A stretch of DNA of 64,000 nucleotides from an uncultured Bacilli bacterium (lineage in GTDB: Bacteria > Bacillota_I > Bacilli_A > RF39 > UBA660). A program made the translations under genes and the position numbers. The number at the start of each line of letters is the position of its first letter. Within the stretch, counting starts at the first letter, position 1. Shown piece by piece: positions 16,790 through 27,251 of the stretch. Under the pieces are notes generated by a model, which saw only the letters and a program-made list of their open reading frames with translations, was not told the DNA's origin and did no database searches. The stretch covers positions 38,991-102,990 of the forward strand of contig CAKOQV010000001.1 in assembly GCA_934101345.1 (NCBI GenBank), given 5' to 3'.

Positions 16790-17833
16790 ATGAATAACAC
16801 AGATATTATTCTAAGTATTAATGATATTAATGATATTGATAAAATTGGAAATAATACTAAATATATTAATATTTCTATTGATAGTTTTAGTAGAGATGTT
16901 ATAGATTATTTTTTGCGATGTGGTAAAGATTTTTTATATACTGATTCTATTAATAATAAAAATGGATTTATATATGCTACTTATGATATGTTTAAAAATG
17001 GTGAAAAGATTATAGATAATATTATTAGTAATATGCCTAGTAATTTAAATGATTTAGATAAGGTTAGATATTTATATATTTCTTTAGGTAAGATACTTAG
17101 CGCGGATATTAATACTATGGATAATAAGAATGAAAAGATATCTTTTAGTAGTGTTAGTGTTATTAATAATATTTGGGGGTCTATTACTAGTGGTAAGACT
17201 ACTAGTACTTGTATATCTAAGTTACTTATGTATTTATGTTCTAGAGTAGGTATTAAGTCAGAACTTATTAATAGTGATATTAATGGTAATATAGGTAATA
17301 AAATATATATTGATGATAGCTTTTTAATCGTGGATTTATTTAATGATTTATATAATATACAAGGTGGTTTTAGTACTAAGTATTTTGATAAGTATAATGA
17401 TAATAAAGATATAGATAGAAAGATATTTTATATAAAGAATAGTTATACTAATGAGATTATTAATAATAGACTTAGAGGTCTTGATTATACTAAAGATAAT
17501 ATGCTTAGTGATATACTTGAAGTACTTGAAAGAAGTATTAATATTAGTGATGTTGGTGTTATTGAATTAGCAAAGATATGTAAAGATATTTTTGATAAAT
17601 ATACTCCTAATTATGATATAAGAATTAATAATTTATTTTTACTTGATAGTGATGAAATTAAAGAACATTTTATTGTTATTAGTTATGATAATAATTTTTA
17701 TAGTTATAATTATAATAAGAGATGTTTTATTAAGATTCCTTATGATGTCATTACTAAGAATATTAAAAATAATAAGATTGGTATATATGAAGGAGAGAAC
17801 TTCTATTGTAAGGAAAGTAGGTTAGTATTATGA
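16790..17833 (+). CDS. Hypothetical protein
   Basis: 347-aa ORF with no recognised motif. Confidence 0.4.
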   Translation: MNNTDIILSINDINDIDKIGNNTKYINISIDSFSRDVIDYFLRCGKDFLYTDSINNKNGFIYATYDMFKNGEKIIDNIISNMPSNLNDLDKVRYLYISLGKILSADINTMDNKNEKISFSSVSVINNIWGSITSGKTTSTCISKLLMYLCSRVGIKSELINSDINGNIGNKIYIDDSFLIVDLFNDLYNIQGGFSTKYFDKYNDNKDIDRKIFYIKNSYTNEIINNRLRGLDYTKDNMLSDILEVLERSINISDVGVIELAKICKDIFDKYTPNYDIRINNLFLLDSDEIKEHFIVISYDNNFYSYNYNKRCFIKIPYDVITKNIKNNKIGIYEGENFYCKESRLVL

Positions 17834-18762
17834 TTTTAGTTATTATATTTTTATTATGTGTACTTGTTATTACTTCACTACTTGAATCTTCTTATTCTTC
17901 TCTTAATATTATTAGAATTAAGAAGTTTATGGAAAATAAGAATAAAAAAGCTAAGGCAGTATATAAGTTATATTCTAAGTATTCGGAGTCTATTACTTCG
18001 ATACTTGTGGTTAACTGTGTATGTAGTGTTATGGTAAGTTCTCTTACTACTTATTATTTTTCTAATGTATATGGTGATGGTTCTGTAACTTTAGTTACGA
18101 TTATACTTACTTTAATTATTTTGATATTTACGGAAATAACTCCTAAAATATTAGGAAGAGAATATTCAGAAGTAGTGGCTATGAGACTGACTCCGGTGTT
18201 AAAGGTGATGGTAACTATTCTTATGCCTATTAATAAGTTAATTGCTAAATTAGAGGGTAAGGTTAAGAATAATCATAAAGTAACTGCTACTAAAGATGAA
18301 CTTGTTGAAATAGTTAAGACTATTAAAGATGAAGGTGTTATTGAAGAGAAAGAGAGTGCTTTTATTCAAAAAGCAGTTATATTAAAGAAGTTAAGAGTAC
18401 AGAATATTATGATTAATAAGGAGAATGTTTCTTATTTATATGATACTGATTCTTCTTTGAAGGTAAGAAAATGTATTTTTAGAGATCATCATGATAGAAT
18501 ACCTATAATTACTAAGGATGATAAAATTGTTGGGATATTATATGAAGTTGATTTACTTGATGAGATACTTAATGATGGGACTATTAGTATTAAAAGAAAT
18601 GTTAAGAAACCTGTTACTGTAAGTAAGAATACTAATTTAGCATCTTGCCTTGAGGTATTACATGGTGCTAGGGCACATATGGCTCTTGTTACTGATAGGG
18701 AGAATAATTTTCTTGGTATTGTTACTATGGAAGATATTATTAATGAACTTATGAAGTCGTAG
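17830..18762 (+). CDS. CNNM/HlyC-CorC-family membrane protein (DUF21 TM region plus CBS pair)
   Basis: Three to four N-terminal TM helices followed by tandem CBS-like segments (…IMINKENVSYLY…HHDRIPIITKDDKIVGILYEVDL…NFLGIVTMEDIINEL). Overlaps the upstream stop (ATGA). Confidence 0.55.
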   Translation: MILVIIFLLCVLVITSLLESSYSSLNIIRIKKFMENKNKKAKAVYKLYSKYSESITSILVVNCVCSVMVSSLTTYYFSNVYGDGSVTLVTIILTLIILIFTEITPKILGREYSEVVAMRLTPVLKVMVTILMPINKLIAKLEGKVKNNHKVTATKDELVEIVKTIKDEGVIEEKESAFIQKAVILKKLRVQNIMINKENVSYLYDTDSSLKVRKCIFRDHHDRIPIITKDDKIVGILYEVDLLDEILNDGTISIKRNVKKPVTVSKNTNLASCLEVLHGARAHMALVTDRENNFLGIVTMEDIINELMKS

Positions 18763-18794
18763 ACTTCTTTTTCTTTTTATGTTATGATATATAT

Positions 18795-19985
18795 GTGATG
18801 TTTATGATAGTGAAAATTGATAAGTTATCTCATGATTTTAGAGGTATAAGTAGAATTAATGATAAGGTATTATTTGTTCCTTCAGTATTACCTGAAGAGG
18901 TTGTTGATGTTAGAATTACTATGGATAAGAAAAATTATTCTGTAGGTAAGGCTATGAATATTATTACTGAAAGTAGTGATAGAAGAAAGAGTATATGTCC
19001 TTATTTTGATACTTGTGGTGGATGTAGTACTGGGTATATTAAGTATGATAAGGCTTTGGAATATAAGAAGGAATCTGTAATAGATATTATGAAGAGATTT
19101 ACTGGGTATGATGTTAATCCAGAGATTATTTCTAATTATAAGGAATATGGGTACCGCAATAAGATTGGGTTGAAGGTATTTAATGGTAAGGTTTCATTAA
19201 CTGAGGAAGAGAGTAATAATCTTGTTAATATTGATAAGTGTTATTTAGTTAATGATAATATTAATAAAGTTATTGATAGTCTTAATAAACTTGATTTAAA
19301 TGGGATAAGTGATGTTATTATTAAGGGTGCTAATGAGATTATGGTTATATTAAGTGGTGATATTGATAAGGATATGATTATAAATAGTCTTAGTGGTATG
19401 GTTAAAAGTATAGTACTTAATGATGATATTATATATGGTAATGATTATATTACTATTAATGTAGATAAATATGAGTATGCGGTATATCCTAAATCTTTCT
19501 TTCAAGTTAATACTGATATGATTAGTAAGTTATATGATAAGGTTAAGGAATCTGCGGGTAAGGGTGAAAGTCTACTCGACTTATATTGTGGTGCTGGTAC
19601 TATAGGTATATATTTAGCAGATAATTTTGATAGAGCAAGGGGTATTGAGATTAATAGTGATGCGATTGAAGGGGCTAATTTAAATAAAAGGATTAATGAT
19701 GTAGGTAATATTAGTTTTGAATGTAAAAGGGCTAGTGATATTAATAGTATTAATGAAGAAGTGGTGGTTGTTGACCCTCCGAGAGGTGGTCTTGATAAGA
19801 CTACTACTGAGTTACTTTGCAATAGTAATATTAAGAGAATTGTTTATGTATCTTGTAATCCTATTACTTTGGCTAGAGATATTAATGTGTTAAAGAGTAA
19901 GTATGAACTTAAGGATATTACTTTATTTGATATGTTTCCTAATACGAAACACGTTGAGTGTGTATGCGTTCTAAAACTTAAATAA
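18795..19985 (+). CDS. 23S rRNA (uracil-C5)-methyltransferase RlmD/RumA family (TRAM domain, Fe-S cluster, SAM methyltransferase)
   Basis: Fe-S cluster cysteines CPYFDTCGGCS, the C-terminal DPPRGG motif and a catalytic Cys region (VYVSCNP). Confidence 0.7.
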   Translation: MMFMIVKIDKLSHDFRGISRINDKVLFVPSVLPEEVVDVRITMDKKNYSVGKAMNIITESSDRRKSICPYFDTCGGCSTGYIKYDKALEYKKESVIDIMKRFTGYDVNPEIISNYKEYGYRNKIGLKVFNGKVSLTEEESNNLVNIDKCYLVNDNINKVIDSLNKLDLNGISDVIIKGANEIMVILSGDIDKDMIINSLSGMVKSIVLNDDIIYGNDYITINVDKYEYAVYPKSFFQVNTDMISKLYDKVKESAGKGESLLDLYCGAGTIGIYLADNFDRARGIEINSDAIEGANLNKRINDVGNISFECKRASDINSINEEVVVVDPPRGGLDKTTTELLCNSNIKRIVYVSCNPITLARDINVLKSKYELKDITLFDMFPNTKHVECVCVLKLK

Positions 19986-20177
19986 AGCTTTATATTTCAA
20001 GGAAAATAAACTGTTCAGTGTCTATTAAAAAAAGCATATTTTTGATAAAAAACACTAATTTTCGTCAAAAAAACAGAAAAAATTTAAGGAAGCTGTTTGA
20101 GGAGAATATGTTTCCTCATACCATATTAGTTGGTATGGATTGTATAATTGAATTTAGTAGTGAGGTAAGAGATTATA

Positions 20178-21023
20178 ATGATAGATAAAGATATAATAGA
20201 TAAAGCCTTAAATTTTTATAATATAGATTTACAATATAGAGATAAATGTTATAATTGCATAGAAGAAATAAATAAAAAAGAAAAGTTAAGTTTAGAATTT
20301 TCAAATTTATATAATAAATTATATATTGAAGATTTTATAAAAATAAAAGATTTGTGGCAATGCAAGGGTATTGATGAATTGTTTGGCGATAATGTCAATC
20401 CTTTTATAACTAATATAATGGTTCTATTAGGTTATAATTATCATAGGAAAAATATGCAACAATATAATTTTGATGCTACTCAAATTAAAATTCATAAAAA
20501 AAGAGTTAAGGAATGTTTTGAAAGTGACTTAAAATTAAGAAAAAAAGATGGAATTAGGATATCACAAATGTTATGGGCTATTTATTTTATTAGGGCAAGA
20601 ATAGTCGAGATAGGTAGTTTACAATTTGAATACGAGTCTGATTCAGTAGTAAAAATTCATATTCCTAAAAATACAGATTTAAATGTTTTAACTGTTAAAG
20701 AATCTATAAAAAAAGCAAACATTAAAATAAAACAAATTTATTCAATTAATAATTTTAAATATATATGTAATTCATGGTTACTAAGTAAACAAATATATAT
20801 AATTATAGATAAAAACTCTAATATAGCAAAATTTTATAATTTGTTTGATGTTTATGAAGGAGAAGAATGTACTAAGGATATACTAAATTTTGTGTATGGA
20901 ATAGACAAATGCGAAGATTATTCTTTACTGCCTACCAATACCACTTTACAAAGTAACATTAAAAAGCAATTATTGAATGGTAAAAAATTTTATTTAGGAC
21001 TAGGTGTATTAAAACTTAAATAA
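20178..21023 (+). CDS. Hypothetical protein
   Basis: 281-aa ORF with no recognised motif. Confidence 0.4.
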   Translation: MIDKDIIDKALNFYNIDLQYRDKCYNCIEEINKKEKLSLEFSNLYNKLYIEDFIKIKDLWQCKGIDELFGDNVNPFITNIMVLLGYNYHRKNMQQYNFDATQIKIHKKRVKECFESDLKLRKKDGIRISQMLWAIYFIRARIVEIGSLQFEYESDSVVKIHIPKNTDLNVLTVKESIKKANIKIKQIYSINNFKYICNSWLLSKQIYIIIDKNSNIAKFYNLFDVYEGEECTKDILNFVYGIDKCEDYSLLPTNTTLQSNIKKQLLNGKKFYLGLGVLKLK

Positions 21024-21078
21024 AAAAACAAGAAAAATCTAAAAACTTATTGAAAAAATAAAGTGTGAGGTAATAATT

Positions 21079-21681
21079 ATGACTATAAAAGATATGAAAC
21101 AAGCAGTAAAATTATTAAGTAAGGAATGGAATTTAGGAAAAAAAGAAGCAGGTGCAGATAATGATATTTGTGCTTGGATATATTTATTAGATGTTTTGCA
21201 AGAAAGCGAAAAGATAATAACATATAAATCAGGAAATAAACTTATAGGATTTTGTGGTTATTCAAAAGAAAATTCAAATAAATATATGGTTTCTAAAAAA
21301 ATTTATGGCTTTATAAAAAATAAATTATATAAAAGCAAAAGTATAAAAAACTTAAAAGCATTTAAAGAATATGAATCTAATTATAATTATATTCCTGAAG
21401 AATTAAAGAATTATTTTGACGGAGAGATTTCTATATTAATAGTTGATGAAGATTATAGGGGAAAGAAAATAGGTAAAAAATTGTTGTTAGATGTATTTGA
21501 GCTTGCTAAAAAAGATAATATGAAGAATCTTCAAATAGTAACAGATGAATCATGCAATTATAAATTTTATGAAATATTAGGATGTCAAAAAGTATATGAA
21601 ACAATAGTAAAAAACAGAGAAATAGGACAACTTGGAAATGGATATACTGAAAAAGCATTTATATATGAGAAAAAGCTGTAG
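21079..21681 (+). CDS. GNAT-family N-acetyltransferase
   Basis: Acetyl-CoA-binding motif ILIVDEDYRGKKIGKKLL (R/Q-x-x-G-x-G/A pattern). Confidence 0.6.
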   Translation: MTIKDMKQAVKLLSKEWNLGKKEAGADNDICAWIYLLDVLQESEKIITYKSGNKLIGFCGYSKENSNKYMVSKKIYGFIKNKLYKSKSIKNLKAFKEYESNYNYIPEELKNYFDGEISILIVDEDYRGKKIGKKLLLDVFELAKKDNMKNLQIVTDESCNYKFYEILGCQKVYETIVKNREIGQLGNGYTEKAFIYEKKL

Positions 21682-21768
21682 TATGATAGGAGTAATAATG
21701 ATTTATATAAATAAAATAGATAAAATGCATAGAGAATTATAATAGTAAGAATAAAAATTTGATATATA

Positions 21769-21805
21769 CATAATAAACAATCAACCATTAAGAATGTTTA
21801 TTATG
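21769..21805. promoter_or_regulatory. 11-bp inverted repeat CATAATAAACA-N15-TGTTTATTATG
   Basis: Perfect inverted repeat in the intergenic region after the GNAT gene. No T run follows, so it is more likely a binding site or structural element than a terminator. Confidence 0.3.
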
Positions 21806-21974
21806 TAGTAGTCAGTTATACCAAAACATATAAAAAGCAACTATTCATAATTAACAAACATATCATGTGGAGTGTGTGTGTTTGTTAGAGAAAAGATAAA
21901 ATGTGATAAAATGAATTAGGTAAAAGTTTAACTTATTCCAAAATGAAAATAGTTTGAAAAGAGAAAAATGAAAT

Positions 21975-21991
21975 GGTTACAAATTGTAACC
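21975..21991. promoter_or_regulatory. Operator-like palindrome GGTTACAA-A-TTGTAACC upstream of the DUF1835 gene
   Basis: Perfect 8+8 palindrome about 60 nt upstream of the 22053 start. Confidence 0.3.
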
Positions 21992-22052
21992 GGTTAAAAT
22001 TGTTGCTTAAAATAGGAAAAAGTATTTATTAAAGCTTTAGGAGGTTAAATTA

Positions 22053-22790
22053 ATGAATGTATTAAATATAGTGTTTGGTAGATCTTGTTATTCTACTATG
22101 AAAAAGAGTAAACTTAATAATGAGGGAATTTTAATGTTTAATGTTAAATTTAATGTTGGTGATTTATCTAATGTTGTAAATCATAAAATTAAGATACCTG
22201 AAGAGTTATATTTTGAAGAAAGTGATGTTAATTTTGAAAATGAATATAACACAATTATTGATAATATAATAAAGAAGAATAAAATAAGAGTTTGGTTAGG
22301 TAGAAAAGATATTTATTCAAGTTTAATTATGTTATATGTTTGTAGTATTATAAAAAAATATAATTATGAACTATATGTTCTTTATAGTGAAGAATACAAT
22401 AGAGATTATTTATCTCCTAGTGTAATGAGAGAGGAAGAGTTAGAAGAACTATCTAAACTAGAGCATAAGTTAACAGAAACAGAGATAAATAATAATGTAA
22501 AAATTTGGAATAATTTAGTTAGTGAAAACTCTGATTTTAGAATAATTAGTGATGGCTATGTAAAATCTGTTTCAATTGATTTTTATGATAATTATATATT
22601 AGAAAATTTGAAATCAATAGGCAAAGTTAAAACGAACAAACTAGTAGAAAAATTAATGAAAGATATATATTTGAGTGATAATATGTGGGCTTATTTGATA
22701 GATAGATTAATTGAAAATAAAAAAATTAAAATTATATTAGATGATAATATTAGATATTTTGAAAATCTGATTGAAATAAATGATAAATAA
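22053..22790 (+). CDS. DUF1835/DUF3658-like protein
   Basis: N-terminus LNIVFGRSCYSTMKKS resembles the conserved DUF1835 start (..IHIVFG.S..GSLK). RBS TAGGAGG upstream. Confidence 0.45.
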   Translation: MNVLNIVFGRSCYSTMKKSKLNNEGILMFNVKFNVGDLSNVVNHKIKIPEELYFEESDVNFENEYNTIIDNIIKKNKIRVWLGRKDIYSSLIMLYVCSIIKKYNYELYVLYSEEYNRDYLSPSVMREEELEELSKLEHKLTETEINNNVKIWNNLVSENSDFRIISDGYVKSVSIDFYDNYILENLKSIGKVKTNKLVEKLMKDIYLSDNMWAYLIDRLIENKKIKIILDDNIRYFENLIEINDK

Positions 22791-22804
22791 GATGGTGGTG
22801 ATTT

Positions 22805-23374
22805 ATGAATGAATTAAGACAAAGAATTGTTAATTATGTACCTTATGACGAGCAAGAAGAAAGTGATAAGAAATATATTTTGAAGTTTATGGATACTTTT
22901 AATGATGTATTAACTAGGAAGAATATATTTGGTCATTTTTGTAGTTCGGCTTTTATTGTTAATAAGAATAGAAGTAAAGTACTTATGATATATCATAATA
23001 TTTATAATTCTTGGGCTTGGCCGGGGGGTCATGCTGATGGCGAAAGTGATTTACTTGAAGTGGCTACGAGAGAGGTTATGGAAGAGACTGGTATTAAGAA
23101 CCTAAAAGCTTTATCTAAAGACTTTTATGCTATAGATGTATTACCTGTTAAAAGTCATATTAAGAGAGGTGAATTTGTTTCTAGTCATATTCATTTAAAT
23201 GCTACTTATATTTTTGAAGCTGATGAAAATGAGAAATTATTAATTAAAGAAGATGAGAATAGCGGGGTTAACTGGATAGATATTGATAAGATGGTTAGTT
23301 CTTCAAGTGAAGATCATATGAAGAAGGTATATGCTAAACTTGTTGATAAGTTAAAAGAGGGTGATTATAATTAA
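22805..23374 (+). CDS. NUDIX hydrolase
   Basis: Nudix box GGHADGESDLLEVATREVMEETGI (GX5EX7REUXEEXGU). Confidence 0.8.
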   Translation: MNELRQRIVNYVPYDEQEESDKKYILKFMDTFNDVLTRKNIFGHFCSSAFIVNKNRSKVLMIYHNIYNSWAWPGGHADGESDLLEVATREVMEETGIKNLKALSKDFYAIDVLPVKSHIKRGEFVSSHIHLNATYIFEADENEKLLIKEDENSGVNWIDIDKMVSSSSEDHMKKVYAKLVDKLKEGDYN

Positions 23375-23987
23375 AGGGAAGAAATTTAGATGGATAATAC
23401 TTGAAGTGTGTTTAATATTATTTACTATTATTATGATATTTGTTATCACTAAGAATAAATTATATATAGATGATATTGGATATAATATTATTTCTAAATT
23501 AAGAAGTAATAATATGGATGAGATAGTTAAATTTATTACTAATATAGGTGGTACTATTGTTATTGGTATTGTTACTATTATATCTTTATTTATGTTTAGA
23601 AATAAGAAGATTAATATTTGTATTATTTTAAATTTACTTGGTATTGTAGTACTTAATAATGTAATAATTAAAAATATTATTGGTAGAGATAGACCTAGTG
23701 GTATTAATATTATTACTGAGGCTGGTAAGAGTTTTCCTTCAGGACATAGTGCTGTTAGTATGGTAGTATATGGATATTTGATATATTTAACTTATAATTA
23801 TGTTAAGAATAAAAAGATAAAATATTTATTAATTAGTATATTATCAATACTTATTCTAGTAGTTGGTTTAACTAGAATATATCTAGGAGTTCATTATACT
23901 TCTGATGTACTAGGAGGTTATCTTCTTGGTATTGCCTATTTATTACTATTTACTTATATTAGTGATAAATATATAAAAGAAAAATAA
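23361..23987 (+). CDS. PAP2-family membrane phosphatase
   Basis: PAP2 motifs KxxxxxxRP (IIGRDRP), PSGHS (SFPSGHS) and SRxxxxxHxxxD (TRIYLGVHYTSD), with multiple TM helices. Confidence 0.8.
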   Translation: MIIIKGKKFRWIILEVCLILFTIIMIFVITKNKLYIDDIGYNIISKLRSNNMDEIVKFITNIGGTIVIGIVTIISLFMFRNKKINICIILNLLGIVVLNNVIIKNIIGRDRPSGINIITEAGKSFPSGHSAVSMVVYGYLIYLTYNYVKNKKIKYLLISILSILILVVGLTRIYLGVHYTSDVLGGYLLGIAYLLLFTYISDKYIKEK

Positions 23988-23993
23988 ATATAG

Positions 23994-25529
23994 TTAGAAT
24001 ATGATATCTATATTTATTTTTTTATTTTGTTTTAATTTTAATAGATTACTATCTATTTCTTTTTTTATTTCTTTATTATACTTAGGATGTTTTTCAATAG
24101 TTAGAGTTAGTTCTTTTATCTTGGATATGATACTTGTATCTAGTTCTTTTAGGTATTTGTCTACATAGATGTATAATAATAAGATAGAGGCTTCGATAAT
24201 ATTATTATTGGCCGCTATAACAAGATAGTTAATAGCTTTATTTATATCTTTTACTAAGACAATGTCTCCGGTTAAATAGAAGTATTTGGCTAGGTTATAG
24301 TAGGCATAGTAATAGATATTATCTATTGGTACTTGAATGGCTTTATTATATAGGGTGAAAGCTTTATTTAAATCTATATCTACATATATTCCTTTACGAT
24401 AGTATTCTCCAAGAGTATTTAGAGCATATGATTCTCCAAGTAGAGAGGCTTTTTCAAAGTACTTGAAGGCTTTTTGATATTCTTTGTTATTTTCATATAT
24501 TTTACCGAGATTATTATAGGCATAAACATAGTTATGTGAAGAGGCTTCTTCATATAGCAATATGGCTTTATTTATATCTTTTTTTACATATAATCCTTCT
24601 TTATACATATTTCCTAATAGATTAACTGAGGCTATATTACCTAGAGATACTGATTTATTTAGATATTCATAGGCTAGTTTTAAATCTTTCTTGGTACCAT
24701 TTCCAATATTTTTATTTATTAACATTTTAGCTAGCATATAATAACTACTTGGATGATCTTTTAAAGAAGCTCTAGTGAAGTAGTTATAACTTATATCATA
24801 TCTTGGATATCCTTTGATATAACCTTTGTATTCTTCTCTTCCTAATTCATATAGAGCATAGGGATTATTGTTTTGGGCTAGGGTATTTAATGAATAATTA
24901 TAATTTATACCTTCACTTAGTTTTAGATTTAGATATTCTTCGAGTTCATGAGGGGATACTAGAGTGTTGCTTAGAAGATTTTCTATTATTTCTTTTTTGA
25001 TATTATCTTCATAGATAGGTTGTTTTTTATCTAATATGATAAAGAATAATATTTCAGTAAGAGCAATGCATAGATTGTTATTATTTATTAGTTCTAATAG
25101 ATTACTTGATAGTTCTTTAGATACTTCTTTATCATTTTTACTAATATTATATAATTTTATAGTTACTGTTTTTAATAAGGGGTTATTATTTATTAAATCT
25201 ATCTTTTCTTTTTTAGTTAGATTTGAATAGATATTACCAGTTATTATAGTTAATAAATTTATTATAATATCTAATAATATATAGTTATCTTTTGGATAGT
25301 TCTTTTTATATATTATATACTGCTGTTTATAAGCATTATTTATACTTCTTATACCAATACAATAGTTATTTATTGTAGTATCATTTATATTAGTAGTATT
25401 AAATAGAGTACTAAATATTTCTGTTTGAAGAGCACTTGTTTTATTGATAGTATTTTCTTTTATTACTCTGGTAAAGTTACCTAATGATAGATGATTATCG
25501 TTATTATTTAATTTTATATATTTTTTCAT
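23994..25529 (-). CDS. Sel1/TPR-like repeat protein
   Basis: Repeated about 36-aa units of the Sel1 type (…A..YY..AA.QG...A.YNLG.MY..G.GV.KD…), e.g. ALYELGREEYKGYIKGYPRYDISYNYFTRASL and AYNNLGKIYENNKEYQKAFKYFEKAS. Confidence 0.65.
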   Translation of the reverse strand: MKKYIKLNNNDNHLSLGNFTRVIKENTINKTSALQTEIFSTLFNTTNINDTTINNYCIGIRSINNAYKQQYIIYKKNYPKDNYILLDIIINLLTIITGNIYSNLTKKEKIDLINNNPLLKTVTIKLYNISKNDKEVSKELSSNLLELINNNNLCIALTEILFFIILDKKQPIYEDNIKKEIIENLLSNTLVSPHELEEYLNLKLSEGINYNYSLNTLAQNNNPYALYELGREEYKGYIKGYPRYDISYNYFTRASLKDHPSSYYMLAKMLINKNIGNGTKKDLKLAYEYLNKSVSLGNIASVNLLGNMYKEGLYVKKDINKAILLYEEASSHNYVYAYNNLGKIYENNKEYQKAFKYFEKASLLGESYALNTLGEYYRKGIYVDIDLNKAFTLYNKAIQVPIDNIYYYAYYNLAKYFYLTGDIVLVKDINKAINYLVIAANNNIIEASILLLYIYVDKYLKELDTSIISKIKELTLTIEKHPKYNKEIKKEIDSNLLKLKQNKKINIDIIF

Positions 25530-25653
25530 AGTTACCTCACATTCATTATAACATAGATGTGGATTTTAGTAAAATTATTTATATTTAGTGTGGATTTATG
25601 ATACTTATATTATTTCTTTGTTAATAATATAATGGTATTAGGAAGGTGATATT

Positions 25654-26892
25654 ATGAAGAAGTTTATGAAGAGTTATAAGTCTAGTATTGTACTAATAAT
25701 GGCTGTTATTATTGGTACGATTATTGGTCTTATATTTAAAGAGAAGGCTAGTGTGCTTAGTCCTTTGGGGGATATATTTATTAATATGCTTTTGGTAGTA
25801 GTGGTACCACTTATATTTCTTTCAATAACGGTATCTATATCTAAGATTAAGAGTCCTAAGAGACTTGGTAAGATTATGATTACAACGATTGTTACTTTTA
25901 TTGTTACTTCATTAGTGGCTGTAGTAGTGGGATTTGTTTCTACTTATAAGATTAATTTAGTTGATACTGATAAAGTTAATGATATTAAGAGTGTTTTAAT
26001 AGAGAATACTGAAGTAGAAGAACTTAATATATTAGAAAGAACAGCGAAGACTCTTACTGTTAGTAAGTTCGGTGATTTACTTAATACGGATAATTTGATT
26101 GCTCTTTTAGTGTTTTCTATTATATTTGGAATAGCAATTAATATGGCTGGTAATAAGGGTGATAAGGCTAGAGAAGTATTAGAATCTTTTAATGAAGTTA
26201 TTATGAAGGTAGTTAATATTATTATGTACTATGCTCCAATTGGATTTATGTGTTGTACGGCTTCTTTAGTTGGTACATTTGGTAGTGCAATAGCAGTTGG
26301 GTATATTAAGACTTTTGTTATTTATACGATAGTATGTTTATTATTTTACTTTATTATGTATACAATATATGCTTTTATAGCGGGTAGATTAGAAGGAGTT
26401 AAGAGATTCTGGAAAAATGCTATACCTGCGAGTTTGACTTCAATTGCTACTTGTTCTTCGGCTGCCTCTATTCCTGTTAATGCTGAATGTGCTAAAAAGA
26501 TAGGAGTACCTGATGATATAGCAGAGACTGTAATACCTCTTGGTACTAGTTTTCATAAGGATGGTTCTATTATTGGTAGTGTATTTAAGATTATGTTTTT
26601 AGTATGTTTATTTGGTACTAATATTAGTGGTTTTGATGGCATATTTAAAATACTACTTATTGCTTTAGTGGCTACTTTACTTGTTACTGCTGTTCCTATA
26701 GGGGGTGGTACTATATCGGAGATGATGATTCTTACTATGATGGGATATGGTACTGGTGCTCTTCCGATACTTACTATTATTGCTACGATAATAGATGCTC
26801 CAGCCACTATGCTTAATGTTGTTGGTGATTTGTCTAATTCAATGGTTGTTGCTAGAGTGGTAGATGGTAAGAACTGGATGAAGAAGAAATAA
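25654..26892 (+). CDS. sstT: Serine/threonine transporter SstT-like, dicarboxylate/amino-acid:cation symporter family
   Basis: CSSAASIPVNAECAKKIGVPDDIAETVIPLGTSF closely matches SstT (RSSAANIPVNMALCEKL…SIPLGATIN). Multiple TM helices; 412 aa. Confidence 0.65.
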   Translation: MKKFMKSYKSSIVLIMAVIIGTIIGLIFKEKASVLSPLGDIFINMLLVVVVPLIFLSITVSISKIKSPKRLGKIMITTIVTFIVTSLVAVVVGFVSTYKINLVDTDKVNDIKSVLIENTEVEELNILERTAKTLTVSKFGDLLNTDNLIALLVFSIIFGIAINMAGNKGDKAREVLESFNEVIMKVVNIIMYYAPIGFMCCTASLVGTFGSAIAVGYIKTFVIYTIVCLLFYFIMYTIYAFIAGRLEGVKRFWKNAIPASLTSIATCSSAASIPVNAECAKKIGVPDDIAETVIPLGTSFHKDGSIIGSVFKIMFLVCLFGTNISGFDGIFKILLIALVATLLVTAVPIGGGTISEMMILTMMGYGTGALPILTIIATIIDAPATMLNVVGDLSNSMVVARVVDGKNWMKKK

Positions 26893-26927
26893 CTTGCTTA
26901 TATATAAATTATTTGAATATATGGATA

Positions 26928-27015
26928 TGGCTTATATATGATAGGTATGTAGATACATTGTTATTAGACCTAAAGGCTAATAACAGCACTTTAATACCTT
27001 GGAATTAAAGCGAAC
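26928..27015. repeat. Intergenic structured repeat element, copy C
   Basis: 17-mer TGGCTTATATATGATAG at 26928-26944. SL1 is TTATTAG / acctaaagg / CTAATAA. SL2 is GCACTTTAAT / accttgg / ATTAAAGCG. The stems are again compensatory relative to A and B. Confidence 0.65.
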
Positions 27016-27029
27016 ATAATAATTAAAAT

Positions 27030-27060
27030 AAGAACTGATATTAACTTATCAGTTCTTATT
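27030..27060 (+). terminator. Hairpin AAGAACTGATA / ttaac / TATCAGTTCTT; weak terminator for sstT
   Basis: Perfect 11-bp stem, but the following tract (ATTGAC) is only weakly T-rich. Confidence 0.35.
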
Positions 27061-27087
27061 GACTTTAATAGTATTAAATAATATAAT
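27059..27087 (+). promoter_or_regulatory. Near-consensus sigma-A promoter upstream of radC
   Basis: TTGACT, 17-nt spacer, TATAAT. About 165-nt leader before the radC GTG start. Confidence 0.6.
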
Positions 27088-27251
27088 GTAGTCATATTAA
27101 GGCTCAAACTCGTAAGAGATATTTTAGTTTATTATTATTAGATTTTATTAAGAGCAAAATCTTTATGAAAGGAGAAGGTACTAAGGAGAAGGTACTAGTA
27201 AAGTAACAACACATTACGCTTTACTTTATATAGAAAGAGGTGTGAGGTTAA

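Noticed and set aside
20108-20188. 26-codon ORF (MFPHTILVGMDCIIEFSSEVRDYNDR) with a GGAGA SD overlapping the start of the 20178 gene, as a leader peptide or frameshifted N-terminus
   Set aside because: SD spacing is only 2-3 nt, there is no homopolymer at the junction, and no recognisable motif. It is too weak to call.
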